Shown one piece after another: positions 1 to 9,250 of a stretch of 64,000 nt of DNA. Position 1 is the stretch's first letter. Each line of letters starts with the position of its first letter. The position numbers and the translations under genes were made by a program. Below the pieces are notes generated by a model. It had not been told where the DNA came from, did not search any database, and saw only the letters and a program-made list of their open reading frames with translations. The stretch comes from an uncultured Chloroflexia bacterium (GTDB lineage Bacteria > Chloroflexota > Limnocylindria > Limnocylindrales > CSP1-4), in the NCBI GenBank assembly GCA_963819655.1, contig CAWFXA010000003.1, positions 608,001 to 672,000 of the forward strand. Direction: 5' to 3'.

Positions 1-574
1 ACATCTGATCCGCGCGGCTTCGGCGGCCGGAGCGAAGCACCTCGTGTACATCTCGGTCGTCGGTGCCGACCTGATCCCGATGGCCGGTTGGATCGACCGC
101 GCGATGTTCGGCTACTTCGGGTCGAAGCACGCGGCCGAGCAGGCGGTGGCCGGTTCCGGCATCCCGTGGACGACACTGCGCGCGACCCAGTTCTTCGACC
201 TGACGCTGAAGACGGCGGAAGGGATGGCGAAGCTGCCCGTGATCCCGGTCCCGGCCGGCTTCCGGTTCCAGCCGGTCGACGCCGGCGAGGTGGCCGATCG
301 ACTCGCGGAGCTCGCCCTCGGCACACCCGCAGGCCTGGTGCCCTCGATCGGCGGCGCGCGGGCCTTCGACATGGCCGAGCTGGTCCAGAGCTATCTGCAG
401 GCCGCCGGCAAGCATCGTCCGATCGTGCGGATGCCGATCCCCGGCAAGGCGGCCGCCGCGATCCGCGATGGCGCGAACCTGGCGCCGGACCGGGCGGTCG
501 GCCGACGGACGTGGGAGGAGTTCCTTGCCGCGCGTGTGACCGGTCGACAGGAGCTCGCCGTCGATCGCCGCTGA
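1..574 (+). CDS. NmrA-like / atypical SDR NAD(P)-binding protein, 5' truncated by the window edge
   Basis: Frame open from the window start; HLVYISVVG, YFGSKHAAEQ (YxxxK), WTTLRATQF and FQPVDAGEVA are typical of NAD(P)H-binding atypical SDRs. Confidence 0.85.
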   Translation, partial: HLIRAASAAGAKHLVYISVVGADLIPMAGWIDRAMFGYFGSKHAAEQAVAGSGIPWTTLRATQFFDLTLKTAEGMAKLPVIPVPAGFRFQPVDAGEVADRLAELALGTPAGLVPSIGGARAFDMAELVQSYLQAAGKHRPIVRMPIPGKAAAAIRDGANLAPDRAVGRRTWEEFLAARVTGRQELAVDRR

Positions 575-607
575 GGCGACCGGCACGAGGTCGGTCCTCG
601 GCGACGC

Positions 608-1123
608 TCAGGGCGTCTCTTCGATCGACAGGTCGACCGGATCCGTCAAGCCTGCCGCCTTCTCGAATGCCAAGGCAAAGTCCTCCGATGGTCCGGAATG
701 ACCTTCAGACTCCTCGGCGGTATGCGTCCGGGCAAAGGCGAGGTGGGCGGCCTCGTGGCGCACGGTAACCCGAAGTTCCGCCGGCGACGTCCAATTCGCG
801 AACACCCAGATCATCGTCGGATAGTCGGTCGTGAAGGCACCCTTGAACCCGTAGCGCAGCCCGGAGGCCGGCGGCGGCACGACCGTGTCGACGAACGCGA
901 CGGATGCCTCCGGCACGTCGAGTTGCAGACACGCCTCGGCGAGAGCGACCAACGCCGTCTTGACATAGGCCTCGTCCGGGTTCGCGACCCTCACCTGTTC
1001 AGACTGGACGTGCACACCGACCTTCTCGAGGAAGGCGAACTGCGGAAATTCGTCCCGACCGATCTCGAACGTTCCGTCCGCCGAGTCGACGCTGATGCTG
1101 GCGACCGAAACGCGTGGCTTCAC
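608..1123 (-). CDS. Hypothetical protein with HExxH zinc-metallopeptidase motif
   Basis: 171-aa ORF with VRHEAAHL followed by SEDFALAF, a zincin-like third-ligand helix. Confidence 0.6.
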   Translation of the reverse strand: MKPRVSVASISVDSADGTFEIGRDEFPQFAFLEKVGVHVQSEQVRVANPDEAYVKTALVALAEACLQLDVPEASVAFVDTVVPPPASGLRYGFKGAFTTDYPTMIWVFANWTSPAELRVTVRHEAAHLAFARTHTAEESEGHSGPSEDFALAFEKAAGLTDPVDLSIEETP

Positions 1124-1214
1124 GCTCGTAGTGTCTCAGGCCGGTTGCAGCGTCACCGGTTGCCGTGCCTTGACGCACCGTCTACCGTGACCGCCAGTCG
1201 TCAGGGGATGGTCG

Positions 1215-2132
1215 ATGCGTCGCTTACCACGCCTCGTGCTCGTCGGTCTGATCGTTGTGGGATGCGGATCGGCGGGCCAGTCGTCGAACCCATCCGCCAC
1301 GGCCACCTTGGGGCCATCGCCTGTCGCCTCAGCGGGAGCCAGCGCGTCGAGCGACGGACCGTCGCCATCGCCTGTCGTCGCGCAGAGTCCGTCTCCAACC
1401 GGTCGACTGGCGCTCGAGTCCGTGGCCGAGGTCGTCACCGACGACCTGCGTGTTCGATCGGCTCCTGCTGTCAGCGAGACATCGATGGTGCTCGAGCCCC
1501 TGCTGCAGCCGGGGACGAAGTTGTACGTGATCGATGGTCCGGTGGGTGCCTCCGGCTACGAGTGGTACGAGGTCCTGACGTTCGATGTCGACCTGACGCC
1601 GCCCGGTGACATCGTCGATGAGGACATCGTCGAGGACGGCTGGGTGGCCGCAGCGGACAAGAACGGTGAGGCCTGGATCCAGGCGGCCGCTTTCGACTGT
1701 CCGCCGACGCCGACGGTCGTCGACGAGCTTGTCTCGATGGACGGTGTCACGGCACTTGCGTGCTTCGGTAGCAAGCCGCTGACGCTCGCCGCGCGCATCC
1801 TCGACTGTCAAGAGTCGCCCGAACTGCGCTCCGAGATGTGGTGCGAGGCCGACACCGGAGGAGAGTCCCTCCAGCCGGAGTGGTTCGACCGCAGCTTCGC
1901 ATTCCTGGTCCCCGAGGAAGGGTCGTTCAACGAGAACTCGATGCTGGAGCTCCATGCCGACCCGCTCGGCACATATCCGGATCGTATGCCCTACGGAGTC
2001 CCCGTGGACGTCACCGGCCAGTTCAACCACCCGGCGGCGAGCGCCTGCACGGTCTATCACTACTTCAAGAACGACACGCCGTCCGTCGGTTGCCGCCTCC
2101 AGTTCGCCGTGACCGCCGTCGCGACCCGCTGA
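1215..2132 (+). CDS. Lipoprotein with SH3-like domain
   Basis: Signal peptide ending IVVG-C, Ser/Pro linker, DDLRVRSAP...GPV...GYEWYEV...GWVAA SH3b-like pattern, Cys-containing C-terminal domain. Confidence 0.7.
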   Translation: MRRLPRLVLVGLIVVGCGSAGQSSNPSATATLGPSPVASAGASASSDGPSPSPVVAQSPSPTGRLALESVAEVVTDDLRVRSAPAVSETSMVLEPLLQPGTKLYVIDGPVGASGYEWYEVLTFDVDLTPPGDIVDEDIVEDGWVAAADKNGEAWIQAAAFDCPPTPTVVDELVSMDGVTALACFGSKPLTLAARILDCQESPELRSEMWCEADTGGESLQPEWFDRSFAFLVPEEGSFNENSMLELHADPLGTYPDRMPYGVPVDVTGQFNHPAASACTVYHYFKNDTPSVGCRLQFAVTAVATR

Positions 2133-3390
2133 CACACGTCACGCCTCGCTGGCGTGGACGATGTGGTCGAACTGGCGCCACAGCAGCGTCAACGAGCAGC
2201 GCCGAGCCGATGAACCCGAACCAGAACGGCGCCGTGATGCCGAACTCGCGCGCGAGCAGGCCGCCGATCGGCGTGCCGACCACGATGCCACCGACCACGC
2301 CGACGATGTAGATGCCGGTGACTCGGCCGAGAAGCTCGTCTGGCACCGCGCGCTGGCGCACGACCGTCGAGGTGGTGCCCCAGACGAACGCATGCGCACC
2401 GAAGACGACCATCGTCACCAGGGCGACGACCGGTGACGTCGTGAGCGCGAGGACCAGGTGGGTGAACGTCTCGATGAGAAGCCCGACGCGCATGATGTCG
2501 GCCAGGGCGAACCGTCTCTCGAGGCGGCCGTAGCTCGCCGTCCCGACGATCCCGCCGACGGCGACGGCGGTCGTGAGCAGCCCGAACCCCACAGCGTCCA
2601 TCCCGAGGCGTTCGCTGGCGTAGAGCACCAGCACGGCCCACGCTGCGCCATAGGTCACGTTGAACGCGATGATCGTGAGGGCCAACGTCCGCATCGGTGG
2701 GTGTGCCATAAGCCAGCGAAGGCCCTCGACCATCTCCGCCCGAAGGTTCCGCCCCTCCGCCGCCCGCTCGGTGGCGGTCTCAGCGATGTCCGTCACGACG
2801 CGCGTGACCAGCACAGCGCCGAGCGCGAAGCACGCTGCGTTCGCGGCGAATGGCAAGGCCATCCCGACGCTGAACATGAACGCGCCGATCGGTGGCCCCA
2901 GCAGCTGGTTGGTCAGGAGGAACGAGCTCGTCAGGCGTGCGTTGGCGACGCCCAGGTCCTCCCGCCCTACGACTCGTGGCAGCAGGCTGTTGCTCGCGAC
3001 GTCGGCGAAGATCTCCGCGGTCCCGAGGACGAACAGCGCCAGCAGCACGACCGCGATGCTCACGTTTCCGCCGACGATCGCCCCTGCGAGGATCGCCAGC
3101 ACGGCCGCCCGGGCCAGGTTGACGCCGGCGATGATGCGACGGCGGTCGAAGCGGTCGGCGATGGCACCGGCCGGGATGCCGAACAGCAGGTTCGGGAGCT
3201 GCTGGCTCAGGAGTGCCATCGACACCAGCAGCGGGTCGCGGGTCTGGGCGGCGACCAGGAGCGGACCGGCGGCGAGCGCGATCCCATCGCCCACGTTGGT
3301 GACGACGGACGACGCGAGGAGCCAGCGGAAGCTCCCCCCGAACCGGGACGGCGCGATCGTCTCAACGGCGAGGCCAGGATGGAGGCGCAC
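2065..3390 (-). CDS. MFS transporter; probable +1 frameshift near 2191, corrected stop at 2139
   Basis: About 12 hydrophobic helices, GAIADRFDRRR motif A, QRAVPDELLGRV; start GTG 3390 preceded by TATCCT. Confidence 0.85.
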   Translation of the reverse strand: MRLHPGLAVETIAPSRFGGSFRWLLASSVVTNVGDGIALAAGPLLVAAQTRDPLLVSMALLSQQLPNLLFGIPAGAIADRFDRRRIIAGVNLARAAVLAILAGAIVGGNVSIAVVLLALFVLGTAEIFADVASNSLLPRVVGREDLGVANARLTSSFLLTNQLLGPPIGAFMFSVGMALPFAANAACFALGAVLVTRVVTDIAETATERAAEGRNLRAEMVEGLRWLMAHPPMRTLALTIIAFNVTYGAAWAVLVLYASERLGMDAVGFGLLTTAVAVGGIVGTASYGRLERRFALADIMRVGLLIETFTHLVLALTTSPVVALVTMVVFGAHAFVWGTTSTVVRQRAVPDELLGRVTGIYIVGVVGGIVVGTPIGGLLAREFGITAPFWFGFIGSALLVDAAVAPVRPHRPRQRGVTCVSGSRRRSRRTGGGNRRTACRS

Positions 3391-3456
3391 CGGCCGGAGG
3401 ATAGCAACGCAGACCCTCGCAGGCGGGCTTGACATGCATGTCCTACGCTCGGGACA

Positions 3457-3899
3457 TGACCACGCCAAACGACCCGACCGGTCCTGACCCGGACGCCATC
3501 ACCGAGTACATCAGCACGACATATCCCGACGCAGACGTCGTTGCGATCGACGGAATGGCCTTCTTCTCGGTCGACCCCGAGAAGCACTGGCCGAACTTCG
3601 CGACTCTCGTCTGGAGCGACGACACCGACCGGGTCAGCGAGCTGTCGCGGCCGGGAGTGTTTCGGGTCAGTCTCGGTCTGAGCCGGGCGACCTTCGATCG
3701 CCTCGTCGGGTCGATCGCCGATCCGGACTTCACGGAGTTGGATCGACTCCTTCCGCATCCCGACTACGCGCGCCAGCATTGGGTGGCGATCCTCAGCCCG
3801 AGCGCAGCCACCTTCGCGGAGACCGTGGTGCCGCTCCTCGACGAAGCGCACGACCGCCTTGCAGCCCAGCGGGCCCGACACGCCCGTCCGGACGGCTAG
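3457..3899 (+). CDS. DUF6194-like protein
   Basis: FATLV...LSRPGVFRVSLG and DRLLPHPDYARQHWVAILSP; ATG preceded by TACGCT-N6. Confidence 0.75.
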
Positions 3900-5890
3900 C
3901 GCCAGTCGACGCTGCGCACCTCGACCGGCTCCTCGACGCCTTTCAAGCTGAGCTGACGCGGGTCTGACAGCCCGAAACGCGGCGACCCGATGCCGACCAT
4001 CGCCGCTTCGGAGACCAGGATCTCCTCGCCCGCCGCGGCCGCGCCGATACGGGCGGCGACATGCACGCCACGACCACTGTAGTCGCGGCCCTCGCGGGTA
4101 GCCTCCGTGGTGTGGAGACCGATCCGCACCCGCGGCGCGAACCCGTGCTCGCGGCGGTGCCGCGCCAGACGCCGCTGGATATCGACCCCGCACTCGATCG
4201 CATCGATCGCCCGCTCGAAGGCGATGAAGAACCCGTCGCCGGTCGAGTTGACCTCCTCGCCGCGGTGCTGCGCGAACGCCGACCGGAGCTCCCGGTCATG
4301 CCAGCGCAACAGCTCGCCCCAGGCGTCGTCGCCGATCAACCCCACAAGGTCAGTCGACGTGACGATGTCGGTGAACATGAACGTCTTCGTGACGCGCTTT
4401 GACGGGCTCGCGGACGCCGGCGCGCTGTCCCCCAGGAGCTCGTCGACACGCTTCAGGTCGAGCGTGGCGCCGAGCCGCTCGAACACGGTGCGGGCGGCGC
4501 GCAGGTCGCGGCGGGCGGTTTCCGGGTCCCCCTCGGCCGTTAGCGCCTCGGCGTACCGCAGCCGCGCTCGCGCGCTCTCGTACGGCAGGTCGGTCTCCTG
4601 CCACAGCCGCCACGACCGGCCCAGGATGGGCGAGGCCTCCGACGGCCGATCCTCTCCGAGGAGCAATTCGCCTCGACCCGTGAGGGCGCCGGCTTCGAAC
4701 ACGGGTCTCTGGAACTCGGCTGCGATCGATTCGAGCTCGTCGACCGCTGGACCCGCCGTCTCGAGATCGCCGGCGGCGAGGGCGATGTCCACCTGAGCGG
4801 GGAGCAGCCGGGCCCGGGTCGCTCGATCGGCGGGCCCTCCACTGCCTGCAGCCACGCCGAGCGCGCGACCGATCGACTTCGCCGCTTCGTCGACCTCTCC
4901 CCGGGCCAGGTGCAGCATCGACAGGCCGGGCTGGGCGTCGTGGCCGAACTCGTACGCCCGGTCGAATGCCTCGGCAGCCGCCTCGAGGTCGCCCATGCGC
5001 AGCCGGACCTCGCCGACCTGGTAGTGGGCGTAGCCGACGGCATCCAGGAGACCGAACCGCTCGAGCTCGTCGCAGGCCGCTCGTGCCTCCTGCTCGGCCT
5101 CGGGCCATCGTCCGCGGAGCATGTTGAGCTCGGCACGGTGGACGCGACAGATGCCCGGGTAGCCGCCGACCGACTGGCGACGCATCCAGCGTTCGCCTTC
5201 CTCGACCCACTGGGCCGCGCGCTTGTAGTCGCCGGCGTTCCGGCAGGCGGCGATCGTGTTGCACCAGATATCGCTCGCGACCCGGAGGTCGAGCTGGTTC
5301 GATGACGCCGCGGTCGCAGCCTCGTCGATGAGGGCGAGGCCCGCCTGCCAGTTGCCCGCGAAGACTTCGGCCATGCCCTTGAAGCTCATCGCCATATACA
5401 GGGCGCTCGGCTCGTCGTATTTTCGAGCCATCGCCATCGCCTGATCGGCGAGCTCGATCCCTTCGGCGATGCGGGTCTCCATCACTGCCCCGAAAGACTG
5501 GAAGACCAGGAACCGGGCATGCAACGCCGACTCCGGCTCCGATTCGAGCAGTCGCGCGGCCCGAGCGAGCCACCCACCGCCGATCGATCCGTTGCGGCGG
5601 CGGAAGGCTGTATACGCGAGGAGCATCGCCACACGGGCGGCGTCACTCGATCGGCCGGCGTCCGCGTAGCCGGAGAACGCGCGCTCCATGGCGTCCGAGG
5701 CTTCGTCGGGACGGCCCGCCCACCAGGCGGCCGTGCTCAGCAGCTCCAGATCGTCCGGCTCGAGCCCGCTGTCGCGATCGGCCGCGCCGAACACCTCCAC
5801 TGCCTCCGCCCATGCGTGGCGGTCGATCGCGTCGCGACCGAGCTCGAGGGTCTCGACCATCGTGGGACGCACCCGTTGACGTGGCCGCAC
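3896..5890 (-). CDS. TPR-repeat protein with C-terminal class III adenylate/guanylate cyclase domain
   Basis: Helical MalT-like TPR region, then TFMFTDIVTST, STGDGFF, VRIGLHT, GVHVAARI, LSLKGV. Confidence 0.9.
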   Translation of the reverse strand: MRPRQRVRPTMVETLELGRDAIDRHAWAEAVEVFGAADRDSGLEPDDLELLSTAAWWAGRPDEASDAMERAFSGYADAGRSSDAARVAMLLAYTAFRRRNGSIGGGWLARAARLLESEPESALHARFLVFQSFGAVMETRIAEGIELADQAMAMARKYDEPSALYMAMSFKGMAEVFAGNWQAGLALIDEAATAASSNQLDLRVASDIWCNTIAACRNAGDYKRAAQWVEEGERWMRRQSVGGYPGICRVHRAELNMLRGRWPEAEQEARAACDELERFGLLDAVGYAHYQVGEVRLRMGDLEAAAEAFDRAYEFGHDAQPGLSMLHLARGEVDEAAKSIGRALGVAAGSGGPADRATRARLLPAQVDIALAAGDLETAGPAVDELESIAAEFQRPVFEAGALTGRGELLLGEDRPSEASPILGRSWRLWQETDLPYESARARLRYAEALTAEGDPETARRDLRAARTVFERLGATLDLKRVDELLGDSAPASASPSKRVTKTFMFTDIVTSTDLVGLIGDDAWGELLRWHDRELRSAFAQHRGEEVNSTGDGFFIAFERAIDAIECGVDIQRRLARHRREHGFAPRVRIGLHTTEATREGRDYSGRGVHVAARIGAAAAGEEILVSEAAMVGIGSPRFGLSDPRQLSLKGVEEPVEVRSVDWR

Positions 5891-6035
5891 TCGTCGTGCG
5901 GCTGCGAGGATACGCTACGCCCGGGTGCCCGCCGACGCCAGCACCTGCTTTCATGACGACGGTTGCGAAGATTGAACTCACGCCGACCTACCGGCACTCG
6001 ATGTGGTGGACGCAACGAACGTGGAGGGGCCACGT

Positions 6036-7796
6036 ATGCGTGACTGGCTCCGCAGGCGCACACACGCTCTTCGGGGATCGGTCGGGTTCGTCCTGCTGAG
6101 CCTATTCGTCGCCGGGTGCGGCGGCCCACCGACGCCGAGCACGCCGCGAGTCGTCGTCATGGATGACTTCGAATCTGGGGACCTGGCCGCTTGGCGCGAG
6201 GTTGACAGTGGTGCCGGAGGCTGGTTCGTCTACAAGGAGGGCCAGCAGGGACGCGACCCGACGGTGTCAAGCGATCCGGGTAGCCCGGTCCGCCTCCCTG
6301 GCCCGCCGCAAGGCGAATTCGCGTTGGCCACAGAAGCGGACGGGCCTGGGACGCACATCCTCTACCGGGATCTCAAGTTGGACGGTCGGTTCACCCTGCA
6401 GATGACTGTCTTCTACACGGGCTCGAGCGCGTTCAGCACGCCCGAGACCCTGGCCCATGACGCGCTCGAAGCCAATCAGCAGTTCCGGATCGATGTCATG
6501 GATCCTTCCGCGCCCATCGACTCGGTAGCGACGAGCGATATCCTCGTCAACGTCTTCCGGACCTCGGCTGGCGACCCGTTCCGCCGCCAGCCGACGGAGG
6601 TCAGCGTGAACTTGGCGTCCCTCGAGAGCAAGACGGTGCGCCTCCGGATCGCCCAGACCGACAACCAGGGACCGATGCGCGTCGGCGTCGACGACATCCG
6701 CTTCCGATCGGTCGACACGGATGGCAACGCGACGCTCGAGCTCCTGCCGACCAAGGAGGCGTCGGATGCGATCGATCTCGTCCTCCACAGGATGACCGAG
6801 GCCGACGCGCTGGCGGCGCTGTCCACACGCGCGAAGGAGCTGCAGCGCGCGGACGAGTTCTCTGGAGCGTTTTTGGTGGCACGCGACGGAGAGGTCCTGC
6901 TCGAGGAGGCCCAGGGCCTTGCCGATCGGGAACGCGGTATGCGTAACACGCTCGACACGAAGTTCCGGATCGGCTCGATGAACAAGATGTTCACGGCGGT
7001 GGCGACGCTCCAACTGGTCGAGAACGGTGAGTTGGCCCTCGACGACCGGATCGGCAAACACCTGCCCGACTACCCGAACAAGGATGTCGCGTCGAAGGTG
7101 ACCGTGCGACACCTGCTCACCCACACGGGCGGCACCGGAGACTTCTTCGGTCCGGAGTTCGACCGGAACCGCGAGACCCTCCGCGACCACAGCGATTACG
7201 TGAAGCTCTTCGGCGCACGTGGGCCGCGCTTCGAGCCAGGCGCGCGCTTCGAATACTCGAACTACGGGTTCGTACTGCTTGGGGCGCTCATCGAGTCTGT
7301 GACCGGTCGGTCGTACTACGACGTGGTGCGCGAGAACGTGTTCGTGCCGTCGGGCATGACATCAACCGACTCGCTCCCAGAGTCCGAGGATGTCATGGAC
7401 CGTTCGACCGGATACACGCGCGAGTCGCCGGACGGTCGCTGGGCTCCGAACACGGACTCCCTCCCGTGGCGTGGCACTTCCGCGGGCGGTGGCTACTCGA
7501 CGGTCGGCGACCTCATGCGTTTCGGCGAAGCATTGCGCGCCGGTACGCTGATCTCGGACGCGACTCTCGCGGAGGCGACCAGCCCGCAGTCCGAGGTGCC
7601 CTACGGACATGGCCTGGACATGAGAGGAGAGGGCTCGTTGCGCAGCTACGGTCATGGCGGTGGAGCGCCCGGTATGAATGGCGAGCTGCGAGTGTTCCCC
7701 GCGCTCGGCTATGTCGTGGTGATCCTCAGCAACATGGATCCACCTGCGGCGGCGAGGCTCCTCGAATTCTTCGATCTTCGGATGCCGGACCGGTAG
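6036..7796 (+). CDS. Lipoprotein serine hydrolase (beta-lactamase/AmpC-like) with extra N-terminal beta-sandwich domain
   Basis: Lipobox VAG-C; FRIGSMNK (SxxK), LLTHTGG, YSNYGF, YGHGGG; GGAGG upstream of ATG 6036. Confidence 0.85.
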   Translation: MRDWLRRRTHALRGSVGFVLLSLFVAGCGGPPTPSTPRVVVMDDFESGDLAAWREVDSGAGGWFVYKEGQQGRDPTVSSDPGSPVRLPGPPQGEFALATEADGPGTHILYRDLKLDGRFTLQMTVFYTGSSAFSTPETLAHDALEANQQFRIDVMDPSAPIDSVATSDILVNVFRTSAGDPFRRQPTEVSVNLASLESKTVRLRIAQTDNQGPMRVGVDDIRFRSVDTDGNATLELLPTKEASDAIDLVLHRMTEADALAALSTRAKELQRADEFSGAFLVARDGEVLLEEAQGLADRERGMRNTLDTKFRIGSMNKMFTAVATLQLVENGELALDDRIGKHLPDYPNKDVASKVTVRHLLTHTGGTGDFFGPEFDRNRETLRDHSDYVKLFGARGPRFEPGARFEYSNYGFVLLGALIESVTGRSYYDVVRENVFVPSGMTSTDSLPESEDVMDRSTGYTRESPDGRWAPNTDSLPWRGTSAGGGYSTVGDLMRFGEALRAGTLISDATLAEATSPQSEVPYGHGLDMRGEGSLRSYGHGGGAPGMNGELRVFPALGYVVVILSNMDPPAAARLLEFFDLRMPDR

Positions 7797-7844
7797 CTTC
7801 CGTCCAGAGGATCCGGCACGGCGACCGCCGCGTATCGTTAGACG

Positions 7845-9206
7845 ATGCCGCCCAACGGATCCCGCGCGTGCGTGCTGACCGTCGCGATCATCGCCGTCAT
7901 CACCGCGTGCGGTGGGCCGGCGCCATCGGGCAGCCCGATCCCGACCGTCGCGGCGAGCGCGAGCCCCTCCCCAGCCTCGGCGACCGTCGCACCCACGAGC
8001 TCCCTGGCCTCCGACCGGCCGATCGCGACGTCGGGCTCGATCGCCGTTCGCACGCCCGATGGCTCGCTGACGATCGTCGACGCCGACGGACGGCCGACCC
8101 CGTTGTCCGACGCCGCGAACGGAACGTACGGGTTCCCGACATGGTCGCCCGACGGCTCGCGGATCGCGGCAGTCCGCGCGAGCGGGACGGGCACCGAGGT
8201 CGTCGTGTTCGACCCCGCCGCGTCAGGCGGCCCGGTCGAGCCTGTCGTCCTCCTCCACAACGAGCAGATCGCGCCGTTCTACCTGTTCTGGGCGCCCGAT
8301 GGCGAGGCCGTGTCGTTCCTCGCGACCGAGGGCGATGTCCTGGCGTTGCGCATCGCCCCGACCGACGGCAGTGCCCCCGTCGACGGCAGCGGGCCGGGCG
8401 CCACCGTCCGCACCGGCAACCCGTTCTACTACGACTGGATCGGGCGGGACCGGCTGGTCGCGCACATCGGCGTCGGCCCGGAGGCGTTCCTCGGCGAGAT
8501 CGGCCTTGACGGCGTCGCCGCGGGCGAAGCGTTGGCCGACCCCGGGGAGTTCCGCTCGGCCGTCGTGAACCGGGATAGGACATCGATCGCGTTCGTCCGT
8601 GGTCGCGATCGCACGGAGAGCGCCATCGTGGTCGCGGCGCGCGATGGGTCGAGCGAACATGTGATGACCGTGTTCGGCCCGTCGGCGATGGCGTTCGACC
8701 CGGCAGGCACGACGCTCGCGACGATCGGCCCGAACGAACCGGTCCCGCCTGACGTCGCCTTCCCGATCGGTCCGCTGCGCCTCATCGATGCGGCTTCAGG
8801 CGAGATCCGGACCCTGCTCGACGGCTTCGTGGTCGGCTTCTGGTGGTCGCCCGATGGTCAGACGATCGCCGCGCTCCGGGTGCAGCCGGCCATCGGCTCG
8901 GCATCGGGCGCGAGCCCGGCCCCCTCCCCCACGCCGGTCGACAACGAACCTCGCCTCGTGTTCGTCGATGTCGCGAGCGGCAAAGTCCGATCGCAGCCAG
9001 TCGTCCAACCCGGTCAGCGCTTCATCGATTCGTTCCTGATCTACTTCGACCAGTACGCTCTGAGCCATCGGATCTGGGCGCCTGACAGCTCGTCGTTCGT
9101 CCTGCCTGAGGCGCTCCCGGACGGCTCGACACAGCTGACGGTCCGTTTCCCGGACGGCGAGCCACCGGTCGCCCTCGACGGCGACATCGGCTTCTGGAGC
9201 CCGTAG
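7845..9206 (+). CDS. TolB-like (PD40/WD40) beta-propeller lipoprotein
   Basis: Lipobox ITA-C, repeated WSPDG/WAPDG/WAPDS motifs. Confidence 0.8.
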   Translation: MPPNGSRACVLTVAIIAVITACGGPAPSGSPIPTVAASASPSPASATVAPTSSLASDRPIATSGSIAVRTPDGSLTIVDADGRPTPLSDAANGTYGFPTWSPDGSRIAAVRASGTGTEVVVFDPAASGGPVEPVVLLHNEQIAPFYLFWAPDGEAVSFLATEGDVLALRIAPTDGSAPVDGSGPGATVRTGNPFYYDWIGRDRLVAHIGVGPEAFLGEIGLDGVAAGEALADPGEFRSAVVNRDRTSIAFVRGRDRTESAIVVAARDGSSEHVMTVFGPSAMAFDPAGTTLATIGPNEPVPPDVAFPIGPLRLIDAASGEIRTLLDGFVVGFWWSPDGQTIAALRVQPAIGSASGASPAPSPTPVDNEPRLVFVDVASGKVRSQPVVQPGQRFIDSFLIYFDQYALSHRIWAPDSSSFVLPEALPDGSTQLTVRFPDGEPPVALDGDIGFWSP

Positions 9207-9250
9207 CGGGGCCTGTTGCGCGGGGCCTGGTGCGGCGGCGCCGCGAGGCG

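Noticed and set aside
9206-9233. 14-bp tandem repeat GCGGGGCCTG[T/G]TGC between convergent genes
   Set aside because: Two short GC-rich copies only; insufficient evidence of function.
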